From NCBI GenBank assembly GCA_965637545.1, contig OZ281497.1, forward strand, positions 6,634,001 through 6,698,000: a stretch of 64,000 bases of DNA, in the 5' to 3' direction. Below are positions 1 through 13,000 of the stretch, one piece after another (position 1 is the first letter of the stretch; each line of letters begins with the position of its first letter). The translations under genes were made by a program, and so were the position numbers. The stretch comes from Phallusia mammillata (taxonomy: Eukaryota). The notes under the pieces are model-generated. The model saw nothing but the letters and a program-made list of their open reading frames with translations, was not told where the DNA came from and ran no database searches.

Positions 1-465
1 GTTGGCCGATCTTTATTTGCACGCACCTACGCCAAGCATGCCTGAACTTTCTGCGTTGAACTAAAGCGGCACTGGAGCAAAACAAACAAACCGCCAAATA
101 TAATGCGACGTCATGTGGGACATCCCCGAAATAGAAATCGTACAAAACTTTGCTAAACATAATAATTTGTTTCATATAAATTGTCTGAAAATGGTGGTCA
201 TGTGTAACAGGATATCTTTCGGACATGTTTTCATTTGCTGTAAAGCACTTCCTTCTTATAACTATCCACAGTTTTTATCAAGATTGCTACATTTTTAGCC
301 TCGGCTACAAACTATGGTTTCTGGCTTAAACTGCTATACTTGCTACCGAAACAAGATTGCACAAAAAAATTAACTGAAATATTTGTTGAACATACACTAT
401 TCAATAATTAAAACGAAAAACATTTGTGCAAATATGATAACCAATTCAACAACAAAAAGGCACTT

Positions 466-471
466 TTTATT
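466..471 (-). terminator. Putative polyadenylation signal of the sugar transporter
   Basis: AATAAA on the minus strand about 260 nt after the TAA at 730-732. Confidence 0.4.
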
Positions 472-729
472 TTAACAAACGTTGTAATTATCTTCAGGAA
501 ACGCGGCAAAACTTGCTTACAAAACAAAATTACTGTTAAAAAGTAACAGTCTTCGTTTCAAATACGAGGCGAGCTTAATAACATTAATCATTCCATAGAA
601 AAAAGATTCAAATTTGTCAAAACGTCTTCAAATGCTGGTATTAAACTCTTTGAACTTTGTCTATAATACTCTTGTGTAAGCGTAAAAGGCACTTAAAAAA
701 AACTAATTTGTTACATCATAATGTTAGAG

Positions 730-3700
730 TTATTTTCCTTTCCGAAAATACATCTCTATCTCTTCCAATGTCTTTCCTTTGGTCTCAGGCATAAGGAAAA
801 TTGTGAAGAGGACTGACAATGCACAGTTTCCCGCAAATATCCAAAAGGTCCCTTGAGGTGTAAAAGCAACCTAAACAAAAATTATTGGGTATACATACAT
901 ATATATATCCAATACAGGTTATATAAGCACACACACATGCTTAAAGCACAGAAATAAGCTATTTTGCAGTAGAAATGTAAACTATATGACGATTTGAGCT
1001 TTGCGCCTGAGATGCAATGAACCAGTTGTGTTATGAGCCAAAAGACGTGTATACCATTCCTTGCTAAGCTTAAGACTTATTTTTAATATTTTTTTGCCTA
1101 GTTAATTAGCACAAAAATTGGGTAGGCTGAATTGTCTAAAAAAATCGCACAACATAGCATTGGCGACTATTTTAATTTCTAGAAAACACTTTCTTACCAG
1201 CATATTGCTGAATTCTAAGGTAAGAATGAATACAAGGAAATAGTTGAATCCAGTGGAAAGACCAGCAGCTCTCTCTTTGGCTCGGGCTGGGATGATTTCA
1301 CCAACAAGTAACCAAGCAATTGGTCCGATCCCAATGGAATATGCAGCAATGAAAACCACCATGCTTACAAGGGCCATCCAAGAAAGACTGGGATCTTTAA
1401 GATGAAATATTTTATTTACACGTGAAAGAGAAGATGACAATCATAGAAATCAGACATTTAAACTTACTTCCACTTGAGGCAGCATGTACCGCGGTCATGT
1501 TACTGTGGGTCACGTGAGCTGCCATGGATTGTTTCAGTTGGAAGTAGATGCCGAAAGTTGTAAGACTGAGTGTCATGATTACAGCTCCCGTTATGAGAAG
1601 AACTTTTCTTCCTGTACAAGCGATTCAGATCAAGGTTAGGACAGCATAAGAGACTACATGTAACTAATTTAAAGATATTTCAGTAATCAAACGGAACGAA
1701 AGGGGACTGATTTTTCTGCTTATCGCAGAAGTATCCACAACAAACCACAAATTGGCAACATGGAATATTTTTCTTTCTGCAACTTTGATACAACTCACGC
1801 GTGTAGTTTTTGAATGTTTTCGAAATAGTTTGTATTTTTTAAAAGTTGACTTAAAAACAGTTTATCTTACCAGTTTTGTCTATGATCAGGCAGGCGACGA
1901 TAGTAAAGAAAACTTGAGCCGAAGCGATTGCCAGCAAAGCGATGGTGATCTGGGTGTGATTGGTAAATCCAGCGCTCTATAAGTATAAAAAACATATTAA
2001 AACTAAACATAAGTGTATTTTTCCAAATAACCTAACAGTAAAAGAGATGGCAAGAAACGGAAAATACATCTGTTCATTAAGAGTTAAGCTCAATTATAAT
2101 TTTCCTATACCAGAACAATCCATAATTGTCAATGTTAAGCAGTCTTTTGAAAAGGGGATTACGTTGCGGAAATTAAAAATAACGATGGAAAACAGAACAA
2201 TGGAAACAAAAAAGTGACAAACGTTTGCAAGGACTTTTAAAATTCACTTTAAAATGGGTCCCACCATGAAGCTAAGTGATGTTACATGTTTGCTATTAAT
2301 AAACTCAGTCGGTCTAGTTTTTTATACTTGCCATGAAAATACTTTTTGCGTAGAACATTACGCAATTGATTCCACTGATTTGCTGGAAATACATTGCTCC
2401 GAGTGAAAGAAGTACAGGAGTCCTCAGTGAACTGTCTTTGACGATTTCCAGCCAGGAAGCTTGGCTCTCCTGCTTTGACAAACTTTCTTCTAGTTGAGTG
2501 AACTCCGCATCGACATCCGACTAAAACAGAAAATCGTGTCGTGAAAAAGAACTTTGCGTTTCTTGCTACTATGATTTCTTACAATATCTTAAGTGGAAAG
2601 TCATCGACTGGAGTCTGTTAAGGTCAGATATTTTAATTGAATCAAATCTAGAAAGACTATTCGAGCAATTATTGGAAAAAAATACTGGAATTAGCTGAGA
2701 ATAAAAACAATAAACTCGACGATGCAGGGAGTAAAACCACAGTTTTAACAGAAACTGGAGGATTTTGGTATTTATTACTATTAATGTCTTGGACTTAACT
2801 CAAGTCTAGTAATAACTGAAAAGTCTTGACTCGTCTATAAGTGCCGTTCACGGTCCTTTGGATTCGGACTTGAACACGTCAATAAACTATTTTACTAAGT
2901 TGTAACCCCGGGTTACTCATTCACAATATTTTTGGTAGTCTACACAAAAAAAGTGCAACTTTGACAAAAAAACTAAAAAATAGTGATCGGTGTTTTGCAA
3001 AGTTTGTCGAAAGGGCGATAACTTACATCGCAACTTCTCAATTTCACCAGGGACTGCTTTGCGGCTTCTGGTCGATTCTTCATCAACAAATAAGTTGGAG
3101 TTTCAGGGATAAAGATTGAAAGCAAACTGAGAAGTCCTGGAGGAGTAATGGCCGCAAAGGCAAGTGCTCTCCAGTTTAAAACTGATCCTGGAAACACAAA
3201 CAAATGAATATTGAACAAGTAATATTATAGACCACGCAAGAAACAACGAAAAAGTCAGTTAAACGTGTGTGCTTTTAGAAAAAGACGTTTTACGCAACGA
3301 AGCGTTGTATCTCGTACAAGAATAAAAACAAACATGTTCGAAAACTGTAAACAACCCATATGAAAATAGCGGCTTTCCAATTTGATTTCTACCAGTTATA
3401 ATGATCGCAATAAAAAGAACAAATCGTTTTTAATGAGTAATTTATTCTTGAGAAATACTACAATGAAATGCCAAAACAATAACTACTTTTTTGTTTATTG
3501 GTGGGTGTTTAACTATGATTGTTGTCGACTTTACAAAGCTTGCTATAAAATCATGAAGATAAAATTACTCTTAGCTAAAAAAGCTTTTAACGCACCCAGT
3601 CCGTAAATCAGCAGAATTCCTGACACAATGCACAACTGATTGGCAGATCCCAGCATGCCTCGAAGTTTTACTGTTGATACTTCACCGATGTATGTCTGAA

Positions 3701-6700
3701 ATAATAATGAATGGTTGTTTTTAAATTCTTTGCCACGGAACAGTGTGTAAAGGTTCTTAACTTGTTGTGACCATTGAGCGTAATGCGTTAAACAATACGT
3801 TGAGCGCAAATAACACAAAGGGGCCTTACTAAAGGTCACATACCACCAACGCAATGTTATGCAGTATTCCTTTTAGGGGGCTGTCCTTCTGTGGTGTTCA
3901 TTTTACTTGACCCGTATCTTTATGCTGAGAATATTTAGAAACGTGAATTGTGTACCTAAATGCGAATTTTACTTAACTGCCACAGAAAGTCAGAACAACG
4001 ATGTGCATAAACTCAAACCAGTGTTTATCAACAAATGAGTTTCGAACCTAAGGAAATCAAATGTTAAACGTTTCTTACAAAGAACGATCAATCAAAAACT
4101 CTTGCAAACACACCCACGGTTGTGAAATATTCAGCACGTTTTCGTGAAGAATGCTCGCAAAAGGAAAATTACTTCATATAATCTTACTCAACTCCCTTGA
4201 CACGTGAACATGTACGTGACACAAGCATTTGCATGTTTTTCTCACACGACAGATAGTTGTCAAATTATTTCCAAGTATTGAGCCATTGGTTAGCATGCAT
4301 ATAAACTGTGTCAATGTTTCGGTATTTATATCAAATTTAAATTTCTGGTTAAAGTCAAAATAAATATAGTGTTGTTGTCAGACAAAAAAATTGTGTTTGT
4401 GTGTTTTTATCCTGTTTAGTGCTGTAATAACGATTGTGTTGGATATTGTACAACTACCCTGATAAAGATGCCCCAAATGAGACGTCGAAAGAGTTACCTC
4501 AATTGCCAATTAAGAAGAGTTGTAAGCAGGCCTGAAATTGGGGACCGAACCCAAAAGTACAAGACCAAAAACTTGTCCGAACCAGTTTTATTTAATTATT
4601 ATGGGCAATGAGTTGAGAATTAAACTTACTGGTACTATAAGAGAAATCATGCCCACTCCAAGACCGGTAACGACCCTGCCCACAAATAACATCCACATCT
4701 GACTTGCGAAACCAATAACCTGCAAAACAAACAATTAAAGTCAAAAACAAATCAACAAAACCAAACCTAAATGCCTCTGTGTCGAATGCAAGAGGGGATG
4801 AAATAAACATGCATACATTCATAACTGGGATCAGCCCTGAAGCTTTCATACAGACCAGCGATCACGGCACACTCAAAAGTAAAGCAATATAGACCAGGCC
4901 TAATGAAGGCGGAATTCCTAACCAGCCCGTCACCAAGCATTCCCAAAGGGCAAGACACAGGCTAAAGAATACAGCCTGTGGGATTCGAACGCACGACAGG
5001 AGCTTTTCCGGGAAGCACCGTTGCCTGCCTCGTACGCTGCACATGTCAGCTTGATACTGGCTGATCGCCAGGTTGACCATCGATCAGTAACAGGAGTTGT
5101 TTGCAATTTAGTTTTGGCTTAACAATGATAGTTTTAAGATACACAGCAAGGGAATTCACCTCACATAGTTCAAATGTCAACTACTACATTTCAAAGTCAT
5201 TAGCTGTATTGGACAACAGAGGGAAGTTACGCAATAAAACCACAACAGAGCGTTTAATGGATGATTACCAATAATCCAACCGCGAAGGGTATCCCGCAAA
5301 TGATCGATGTAAACTTCCTTCCGATAGCTTGCATGATGAACCCGGCAATGTACGCTCCGGCCACAGCTCCCACAGTCACTGACGCCTTAAACAACAAAGC
5401 GTAAAATTAGTAAAAAAGTATTTGCTCTTCCAAATTTTTTTGAAGTTGAACATGAAATTAACACAGCTCAAAATGTTTGCGTTGCTGACATAAAAAGCTT
5501 CGTAAAAATGCCAAACACATTTTTTTACAATCTAATGGCATGCTGGTGATTTTAACAATGCCGTTCCAAGCATAGGGTGCCTAAACCTACTCGTAGTTTA
5601 TTACTTGTTGCGTAATTAGACGTTATAAGTTATCATCAATGAGTACTGCACTGTTTTAAATCCAGCGCGTTATACTATACTAGCTTGACTTGAGTCATCG
5701 TGTATAAATTCTTGTGTAGAGCTCGAATCAAATCCATTTGAGCATAACAAATGTAATTTAACTGTTTGCTTTTTTACAGGTAGGCAACAGTACTATATTT
5801 TCATACTTGTACTCTGCAAACTTTAAAACCAAGAAAAAAGCAACACAAATTTCGATTTTAGGTTTATACGCATACATCGCCGGAAATGACATCACATAGG
5901 TCATTTCAATACCTTCCGTGCCCAGCTATGTCGTGTATTTGTATACAAGGCATAAATTGTAACGACAAATGGTCGTTTGTCATATAGTGTTGTGCAACCT
6001 CTGACAGTTAAGGGCAAGTAGGGTGTAGCTTCTGTATTCGGAGATTTTAACACAACATCGTGCGATACACACGACTCGTATATCACAACATAATTTGCAA
6101 TATACAATTATATGACAAGCTTTTCACATTGACTACAAATATGTAAAGTTATTTTGTGACATGATTTTCAACATGCCTAAATTACGCCAAAACCTACTCA
6201 TATGAGTAATTTAGTGCACACAAATAAAGTAAAATCGAAATGTTTAGCTAACAACGAAAAAGGATTTTCAAAAAATCTTACCTAAAACTGTTGTTTTTTT
6301 ATTGGTTAAATCCACTTATTTTTGTTTAGTTTATAAAGTTTTACAATTTAATTTAAACAGCAATATGGGCCAGATATATAGCTGCCATATTATTTGACAA
6401 ATATACTTCTGTCTTTCCGGTTTGCTTTGTCAGCTTTGTTTACGTCAGTTTCGAATCCGGTCACGCAAGCAGGCGTTCGTATTCAATTTTCGCAAACAAG
6501 TTTGACAAACAATACCCTTTCTACATTATTTTTACGCTAAGTTTTAAATCCAACCACTCAAGCGTACAAAATAGTGTTTCACAGTCTTGAAATAAAGACA
6601 AACTTCAAGTGATATTTATATATCCAGTACTGTATATGTGTGTGTATAAATAAACAATAGCAGTCTCCGTTACAAAACAATAGCTATGACTGAGTTTCTT

Positions 6701-7475
6701 GTTGGTAGCCTACATTTCAAGGAGAAACTTTCCCCTAATTTTTCGCATACCTAAATGGAAACATTTGCCTACATTCACCATTTGATAGTAAATTTATTTC
6801 TGGTTGCAAAGCTTTGAATTATAGAAGTCTAGTAAACTTACCCCAAACCATGAGGCCTGCATTGTATTCAGATATAACGGGTTTCCAGAACCCATCGCTT
6901 GTATTCCAGGGATCATAGGTGATGTAAGCCCAAGCATGGTTCCTACAGATATGGCTCCAAGCAGGACAATAGTAACTGATAGATAGAGAGCAACGCTGCC
7001 TTGTTCTACTCTGTAACAATAAAACCGGTTTAGTTTGTTTCTTTTTAACCGCCAAATCAAATGCCGTTGGTTTGTAATATTATTTTTTCATTCTTGTTTG
7101 AAAATGTTTGGATGTATGACTCAACTTTAAACATTTCCACTTAAAAAACAACAAGCATGTGAATTAGGTCGTTAATACATTTTGCGTTTAAGAGCCTGTG
7201 ATGTAAAAAAAAGACCTAATCCGAGTCAAAAAAGAAAAAGGCTGGGTCATACACGCGTATAAACTCTGACAAAATAAATATAAGACGGCCTGAGTCACAT
7301 CGGAAATTGAAATTTGACAGTTTGAAATTGATTATAATTGATATAAAGCAGAAATCTTATGCACAACATCCGTTTCCAAGTATTCACGAAATGATCTTGC
7401 GTTTACTTACGTTGGTTTGCCAGCTGATTTGATCAAAGGCCTTGTTTCAATATCATTAGGAGCATTGGGAGCCAT
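730..7475 (-). CDS. SLC2A8: Class III facilitative sugar transporter (GLUT8/GLUT6/Tret1-like), about 492 aa, 11 coding exons
   Basis: Exons (minus): 7411-7475, 6842-7010, 5269-5385, 4630-4719, 3596-3695, 3027-3187, 2332-2520, 1871-1976, 1468-1611, 1198-1394, 730-870; total 1479 nt, all phases compatible. MFS sugar-porter motifs: [60 protein letters not shown]. The N-terminal ETRPLI dileucine signal is typical of GLUT8. SLC2A8 versus SLC2A6 cannot be resolved by eye. Confidence 0.9.
4800..5090 (-). mobile_element. tRNA-containing repeat family, copy A (A-box region deleted), in transporter intron
   Basis: Shares blocks with 12485-12635, 14725-15000 and 25870-26250 (gctgacatgtgcagc, gaggcaggcaacggtgc, B-box gttcgaatcc, gaatgcttggtgac, cagggctgatcccagttatga); ends in atgaatgtatgcatgtttatt. 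Confidence 0.8.
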
Positions 7476-9406
7476 TACTCAAGCTTTTTGTTAAAATTGT
7501 CCTATAAATCACTTAATGTAAATATAAACGCACCACTTTAGTTGTCTCTTTTAGCAACCTGTACAAACTACTGTACTTAAGCAATAGAAGTGTACATGTC
7601 ATGTGTTTTAAACATGCATGTTAATTGTGTTCCTAGAAATGAAATTAATTAAAAGTGCAAAATATAAAACTGCGCTTTTACAGAAATCCTCTTGAACCAA
7701 CGTGCCTCAACACAAACGATTCCAGTTGCGGATAATCGTACTAAACTGAAACTTTCAGTACAACTTAATAGATCAGTCGTTTTTCGTTATGCAATATACA
7801 TTAAAACCGATTTCGCCGATATAATGGCACATTTAGTTTAAAAAGCCTCGGTTTAGTACAATTAAATATGCGTTCTTGCAACATCTTACCTAAAACTAAA
7901 ACATGATCACAAACAACACTGGATTAAAGTAACGACTTAAAAATACTTTTTGTCTATGGCAGAGCTAAATTTAAGTCCAAGCTATTAGCCCACTTACTGT
8001 TGCATATAACCAACCACATAACAACAATTACGACCTCTAAACCTACACAAGACAGGAAGCTTGTCTATTAGGAATAAGGAAAATCAATTTATCAAAACCA
8101 ACTAATGACAAGCCACAAAGTTGTTCCGTTGTTGCAACGTTTTCGCCATGGCGTTTTGCACATGCCTCAGGGGCTGATAGACCCCATGAATGAAAAAAAC
8201 GTGATGGCGTTTGGACTACTGGTTTTGAGGCAACAATTGCTTGTTGGTTGTTATGGGTAGCTTTTGCAAAGTTTGTAAATGCTGGTAAATTGCAATGCAG
8301 AATTTGAACTAATTTTAGAATAATCACACTTGTGTTTTAAATCATAAACACATCAAAGGTAGTTTAAAATCCCAATTCTGAAAATGTTACGTTTTTTTAA
8401 TGATAACGCTGAAAAATAACTTAAGAGCATGTATGTCATACCAAACTTTACAAAACGTCTCAACAACTCACTGTCATATTTTTAGCAAAAGAACGGTGTA
8501 GCTACAGCGCGTTTACTAACTTATTTCTCAACTTTGGGCAGCTATTTCCGGCTTGGCACATATATTTTAGCGCAATTGTGTCGCTTCGATTTGTTTCACC
8601 CGGAGAATTGATTAAAAAACTCAGCTCAACCGAGCACACTGCTAAACGACGAGATGTTCATTAGCAAAACCTCTCAGTACATTGAATGACTGATAACGTC
8701 TTTAGCATGTTACGATTGAAGCTGATTCCAGTTAATACGCAGAAAACACAAAAATTATTTACAGTTGTAGTTTTAAGGCATTTGGTTCATCATTGATCGG
8801 ATGGTAATATAATGCTATTGTTCTTTGAAAAACAAAGTTTCCTTGAATTCATTAGAAGGTTTTCAATCCAAATTATCGTCTCATGTACTTCAACAAACAG
8901 TAATAATCTCTCTTTGGCTCTGGCAATCATTAAGCGCTGATCGTCATCGCCAAAGTTTGTGGATGAAATGTGAAAAACGTTTCGCACAAGAAATGTTGAC
9001 GCTTTTCGCTTAATAATTTTTTTAAGCCGAACACGTGTTACAGCATCGTGAACTTAACTTTGTGTTTTATCACCATGTTCGAAGCCCGAAAGCTATACAT
9101 CGCAAAAACACATCTCTCCTATTTGTTATTGAAACGTGTTTTAACTGAAGCATCACGAATTTATAACTTTTGACAACCAAGCTTATATAGTCCTGAAAAT
9201 CGTCTAGATAAGTGTTTCTTAGAATCCCAAATTTGAATAAAGAACATTTTCTGAGAAATGTTCGTGACAGGTTATGTCTGCGACCTCTTCAGGACATAGC
9301 AATGTTTATTTTTAACATGCAAACCAACAAAATATTTAGGTTTTATTGACCAAAATTTTGTTTGGTTTTATTGATTCAAACAATGCAAATAATTATATAA
9401 TACAGC

Positions 9407-9605
9407 CAGTGCCGGATTAACCATTAGGCAAAGTAGGCACGTGCCTACAGGCCAGTCAAAAATCCAGGCCACTTTAAAATCAGTAGACTTTGTGACAATG
9501 ATTTGGCAACACTGATAATTGTAATTTTTTAGCTGGCAACCCTGATTTTCGGGCAACTTATAAAATGTGCCTACAGGCCAGCAGACCCTAATTAATCCAG
9601 CACTA
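9407..9605. mobile_element. hAT-type MITE
   Basis: TIR CAGTGCCGGATTAA / TTAATCCAGCACTA; perfect 8-bp TSD AATACAGC at 9399-9406 and 9606-9613. Confidence 0.85.
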
Positions 9606-9843
9606 AATACAGCGGCCTGTCGAAGAGTCAGTTTGGACGAACTAAACTATTTTTCATATTGTCACTAAAAACGCATTTTTACATATCATATAAAAGATGA
9701 CAAACACCTAAGTCGAGCCACCAGACGTTTAGCATACCAAACTAAGTAAAAATTGTAATATTACATACGCGGATAAAGATTTCCTTTGTCAGAGGAAGCG
9801 ATATATTCTTTATTTATTGGTTATCCGTTGTCCCGTAGCGTCC

Positions 9844-9971
9844 CTTTGTTCATGAATGAAAAAGTGATCAATCCAAAACTGGTGACTTCCTAATCCAACT
9901 GAAGGAACTGTACATTTAATAGGATTATGTTCAACGTTGAAAAAAGGAACTGGCCCTCCAACTGTATAAAA
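9844..9971 (+). promoter_or_regulatory. Putative Tyrp proximal promoter
   Basis: TATAAAA at 9965-9971, about 90 nt before the ATG; K50-homeodomain (Otx-type) sites TAATCC 9891-9896 and GGATTA 9922-9927; TCF/Sox-type CTTTGTT 9844-9850. Motif-only evidence. Confidence 0.5.
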
Positions 9972-10060
9972 GACAAAACACCAACTGTAAATAACATATG
10001 CATCTGCATTGCTTTACAAATATTTCTTCATTAGAATATATTGTGAAAACTTTGGAAACC

Positions 10061-13000
10061 ATGGCAACGACACGCTTAAACGCATTGTTACGCTTCGTTG
10101 GGCATTGCATTCTATTGTCAGTACTTGGTTTGCCTTATGCTGTAAAGGCACAATTTCCAAGAGCGTGTACTAGTTTGGAAGTAGTTTTAAGTAAAGAATG
10201 CTGCCCGCCGATAAACGGAACCGGATCCCAATGTGGCGTGACGGAGGGCAGAGGTCAATGTGATGACATCACCATTGATGACGCACCATACGGTGACCAG
10301 TACGTCTTGTTGGGAATCGATGATAGAGAAAGATGGCCTGAACGTTTTTTCAACAGGTAAGGGCTTTTTTTGTTGATTTCTGGATGTAAAACTGAATATT
10401 GAAATATTTTGGAGTTGCCAGCACGTTTTTCAGGCCATTTTCTGTGTACAAATACACACAGGTTAAAAAAGTAAAATATCCTTTATTTTTAGGTCCTGTG
10501 TCTGCAACGGCAATTTTGCTGGCTTTGACTGCTCAAGATGTCGACCTGGGTGGCAAGGCGATGATTGTCAGGAAAGACGACCTGCAAATGTTAGACAAAA
10601 TATCATGGAAATGACCGAGGAGCAAAGAACCAACTTTCTTGATGTGCTTGATCGTTCCAAAACAACACCTCATCCCGATTATGTGGTTGCCAGCGAGCAT
10701 TACAGGTGTTTTACGGCCTCAAGTATAAAATACAGCTTTATAATTTTAAACAGCGTTGTTGGGCCGGGCATTTTATGTGGTGTTCGGGCGCTAGTTTTAG
10801 GCCCGCTTACAATATTTGGTTACAAATACTCATAGAAACTGCGATGCTGCCACTATTGTGGGCACAGTCAATGGTTTTCCTAATAGGCTATGCATTTTTA
10901 ACTGGTCAAGCTTTACAACATTTACAAGTTTGGGAGGTATCACAGGTTTTTGGCAATATTAGGCAAGTGTTTACGTTTGAAAACAGCTTTTATCTCATGT
11001 TTGACTTATGTACTGTATTAAAAATCCAACAATTTTAATTTTAAAATAAAGATGTCACTTACCTATAAAATCAGTTGTTTTGTATTAATACAAAAGTTTT
11101 GCTACGCAGAAATCTACTAGGAGCCAACGGCACTGATCCTCAGTTTGTAAACATCACAATTTACGATCTGTTTACGTGGAACCACTACTATTCGGTACGA
11201 GACACTCTCCTTGGACCAGGACAAACTTACACAGCTATTGACTTCTCCCACGAAGGACCGGCTTTTCTTACCTGGCACCGAATGCATCTTCTGGCTTTGG
11301 AAGATGACCTCCAGCGCTTGTCTGGTGACCCCACCTTCGCTCTTCCTTACTGGAACTTTGCTATTGGAGGTAACTTGAGGTCAAAAGGGTACTTAAAGAG
11401 GTCAAAAATTCTTTGGGGCCGTCTTAATTGGCATTGAGTTACGTTTGGTCAATTTATCTGACTCAATTGCTTTTTAATAGTCTAAAAAAAAATTTAACGT
11501 ACAATTTGACCTCGAAAAGGTAAAAGATTTTCTACTGTTTATGATTTCTTAATTAATTCTTTTGAACTCTGTCATAGGCTCAGAGTGCGACATTTGTACG
11601 GATGAGTTACTCGGCAGTCAGGACCCGGCTGACCCGACTTTACTCGGTAACAACTCTCGTTTTGCCGACTGGGAAGTCGTATGCCTCAGCATGGATTGGT
11701 ACAATGACAATGTAAAGCTTTGTAATGGAACATTTGAAGGTAAAAGAAAACAAATTGCAATAGTGATTTGTTCAAATTCCGCAATAAGTGTTTGCCAAAA
11801 TAGCTCGTTTCGACTCGCTAGTTCAAAGATCTCGAGGAAGGCAAAATTTGTGGCAACTTAATTCAAAGCTCTCTCGTATGCAGTACAGTTTCCTATAGCT
11901 TTAGAAGATTGCGTTTATCTTTTAAAATTAAAAACGCAAATTTCATTAGTCCTATTTCAATTCTGTCTCGGTCACTTGTGTCCTGAGCAAGAACTTGAGC
12001 GACAATGCTCCAACCTAGAGTAAGTTGGAATCTGATAGGTTGAACTAAATTAAAGTCACCAACTCCCCAAGTCGAAAAAAACCAAGTAAACTTGCAGCTC
12101 GAAAGCAGACTCATTGTGAGCATAAGGCCTTTGGACATTGCCTGCCCATTGACGATAAAAATAAAGTATTTTAATTTTCCAGGACCAGTCCGTCGCAATC
12201 CCGGTGGCAATGTAGAACGTCCGGAAGTTCAAGTCCTCCCTCAGCCTGATGATGTAGAAAGTTGTGTACGTGTAGAAACATACGACAATTTTCCATTCTA
12301 TTCGGACTCCAATAGCAGCTTCAGAAATGCTCTAGAAGGTAAGCTGTTGTCTCCAACCCAGTCTTACTTGCAAATTTTCTTCGCTGGTTTTATAAAGTAA
12401 AATGAATCTTCGCTAAACTTAAAGTTACCTAGCACGGATGTCAAACCGCCAACCCTACGATTGCATCATACACTCATCCTTTTTGTCATAGTTCGCCAGG
12501 CCTATATTGAAGGCATAATACCGAATCATCCGGTCACCAAGCATTCCCAATATCGCAAGGCTTAGGCTAGAAAATTCATGAACATAAATTACTGGGATCA
12601 GCTCTAAAGCGTTCGTGCAGACCAGCGATCAAAGCACTTTTTGACTACAAATTTATTTTTAGGCTACTCGAAGGTTGATGGAGAATTCGAGGTCGGGGTT
12701 CGAACCCTGCATAACCTTGCTCATTTATTTCTCAATGGAACCGGGGGAATCACCCACGCGTCAGCTAATGACCCCATTTTTGTTCTGTTGCATTCGTTTA
12801 CCGACGCTATTTTCGAGGAATGGTTAATAAGGTAAAATTGCACCAAAGTTGCAAAGTTCTTGTTGCATTATTTTGCAAACGGATTTAAATCCCGTTTTCA
12901 TTTGCAATGGTAACTTTAATTTGATGTTTATGTGCGAAATAACAATAGTTTAAACCGATTGCTATGAAACATGGCACTTTAGAAGCGTTTTTTCCATTTA

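Noticed and set aside
6276-7896. Recursive-splice-like AG|GTAAGA sites (identical 14-mer tcttacctaaaact near 6276 and 7884)
   Set aside because: Introns are far too short to need recursive splicing, and only one site has a pyrimidine tract; may be a 5'-UTR exon end or chance.
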